This document shows, piece by piece, positions 15,196 to 15,425 of a DNA stretch of 15,425 bases. The position numbers and the translations under genes were made by a program. The stretch's first letter is position 1; each line of letters opens with the position of its first letter. The notes beneath the pieces are model-generated. The model saw nothing but the letters and a program-made list of their open reading frames with translations, was not told the DNA's origin and ran no database searches. Source of the DNA: Candidatus Odinarchaeia archaeon (GTDB lineage: Archaea; Asgardarchaeota; Odinarchaeia; Odinarchaeales; Odinarchaeaceae); NCBI GenBank assembly GCA_029856525.1, contig JAHQXC010000027.1:1-15425 (forward strand). Reading direction: 5' to 3'.

Positions 15196-15425
15196 TTGAA
15201 AGCGGTTGTGTTAGCGGCTGGTAAAGGTAAACGCCTTCAACCTTTAACTTTAACTAGACCTAAACAGCTTCTCTCAGTCGCCGGCGCTCCTTTAATAAAA
15301 CATGTTTTAACCGGTTTAGAATCAGTCGGTTTAACTGAGATTCTCATCATCGTTAAACATATGAAGGAGCAGATAATCGAATGGTGTTCTAAACAGAATT
15401 TTAAAGTTAAAATCACATTTAAAGA
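15196..15425 (+). CDS. Sugar-phosphate nucleotidyltransferase (GlmU/NTP_transferase family), truncated by the window end; absent from the ORF track
   Basis: Hand translation from TTG: MKAVVLAAGKGKRLQPLTLTRPKQLLSVAGAPLIKHVL..., matching the LAAG.G.R...LT..RPK signature. Confidence 0.9.
   Translation, partial: MKAVVLAAGKGKRLQPLTLTRPKQLLSVAGAPLIKHVLTGLESVGLTEILIIVKHMKEQIIEWCSKQNFKVKITFK

Noticed and set aside
1-15425. CRISPR array, tRNA, rRNA or mobile element
   Set aside because: No regularly spaced repeats, no GC-rich cloverleaf or rRNA-like segment, and no integrase or transposase ORF recognised.

Overview
AT-rich archaeal chromosomal window, most likely from an Asgard archaeon (inferred from tandem Rab-like small GTPases, a V4R/TRAPP-like gene and a eukaryote-like aIF5B; Odinarchaeia-like is only a guess). 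Most of it is the conserved archaeal translation/transcription superoperon. Plus strand: rpl7ae-rps28e-rpl24e, then ndk (inverted), infB-rps6e-eif2g-PIN-rpoE1-spt4-DUF359-rps24e-rps27ae and a V4R gene. Minus strand: kae1-bud32-rdgB-rps15-GAN/RecJ-Cdc45-putative pcc1-rps3ae. The window ends with two Rab-like GTPases and a truncated nucleotidyltransferase. The standout observation is that the essential t6A gene kae1, which the ORF track splits in two, is interrupted inside its GPGL/GPCLR motif by a 32-nt insert (13284-13315). The insert folds into an exact bulge-helix-bulge (BHB) motif, and the canonical EndA cut sites restore the frame to give a full 327-aa Kae1. This predicts a tRNA-type intron in a protein-coding mRNA. 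No CRISPR array, tRNA, rRNA, transposase or intein was recognised.
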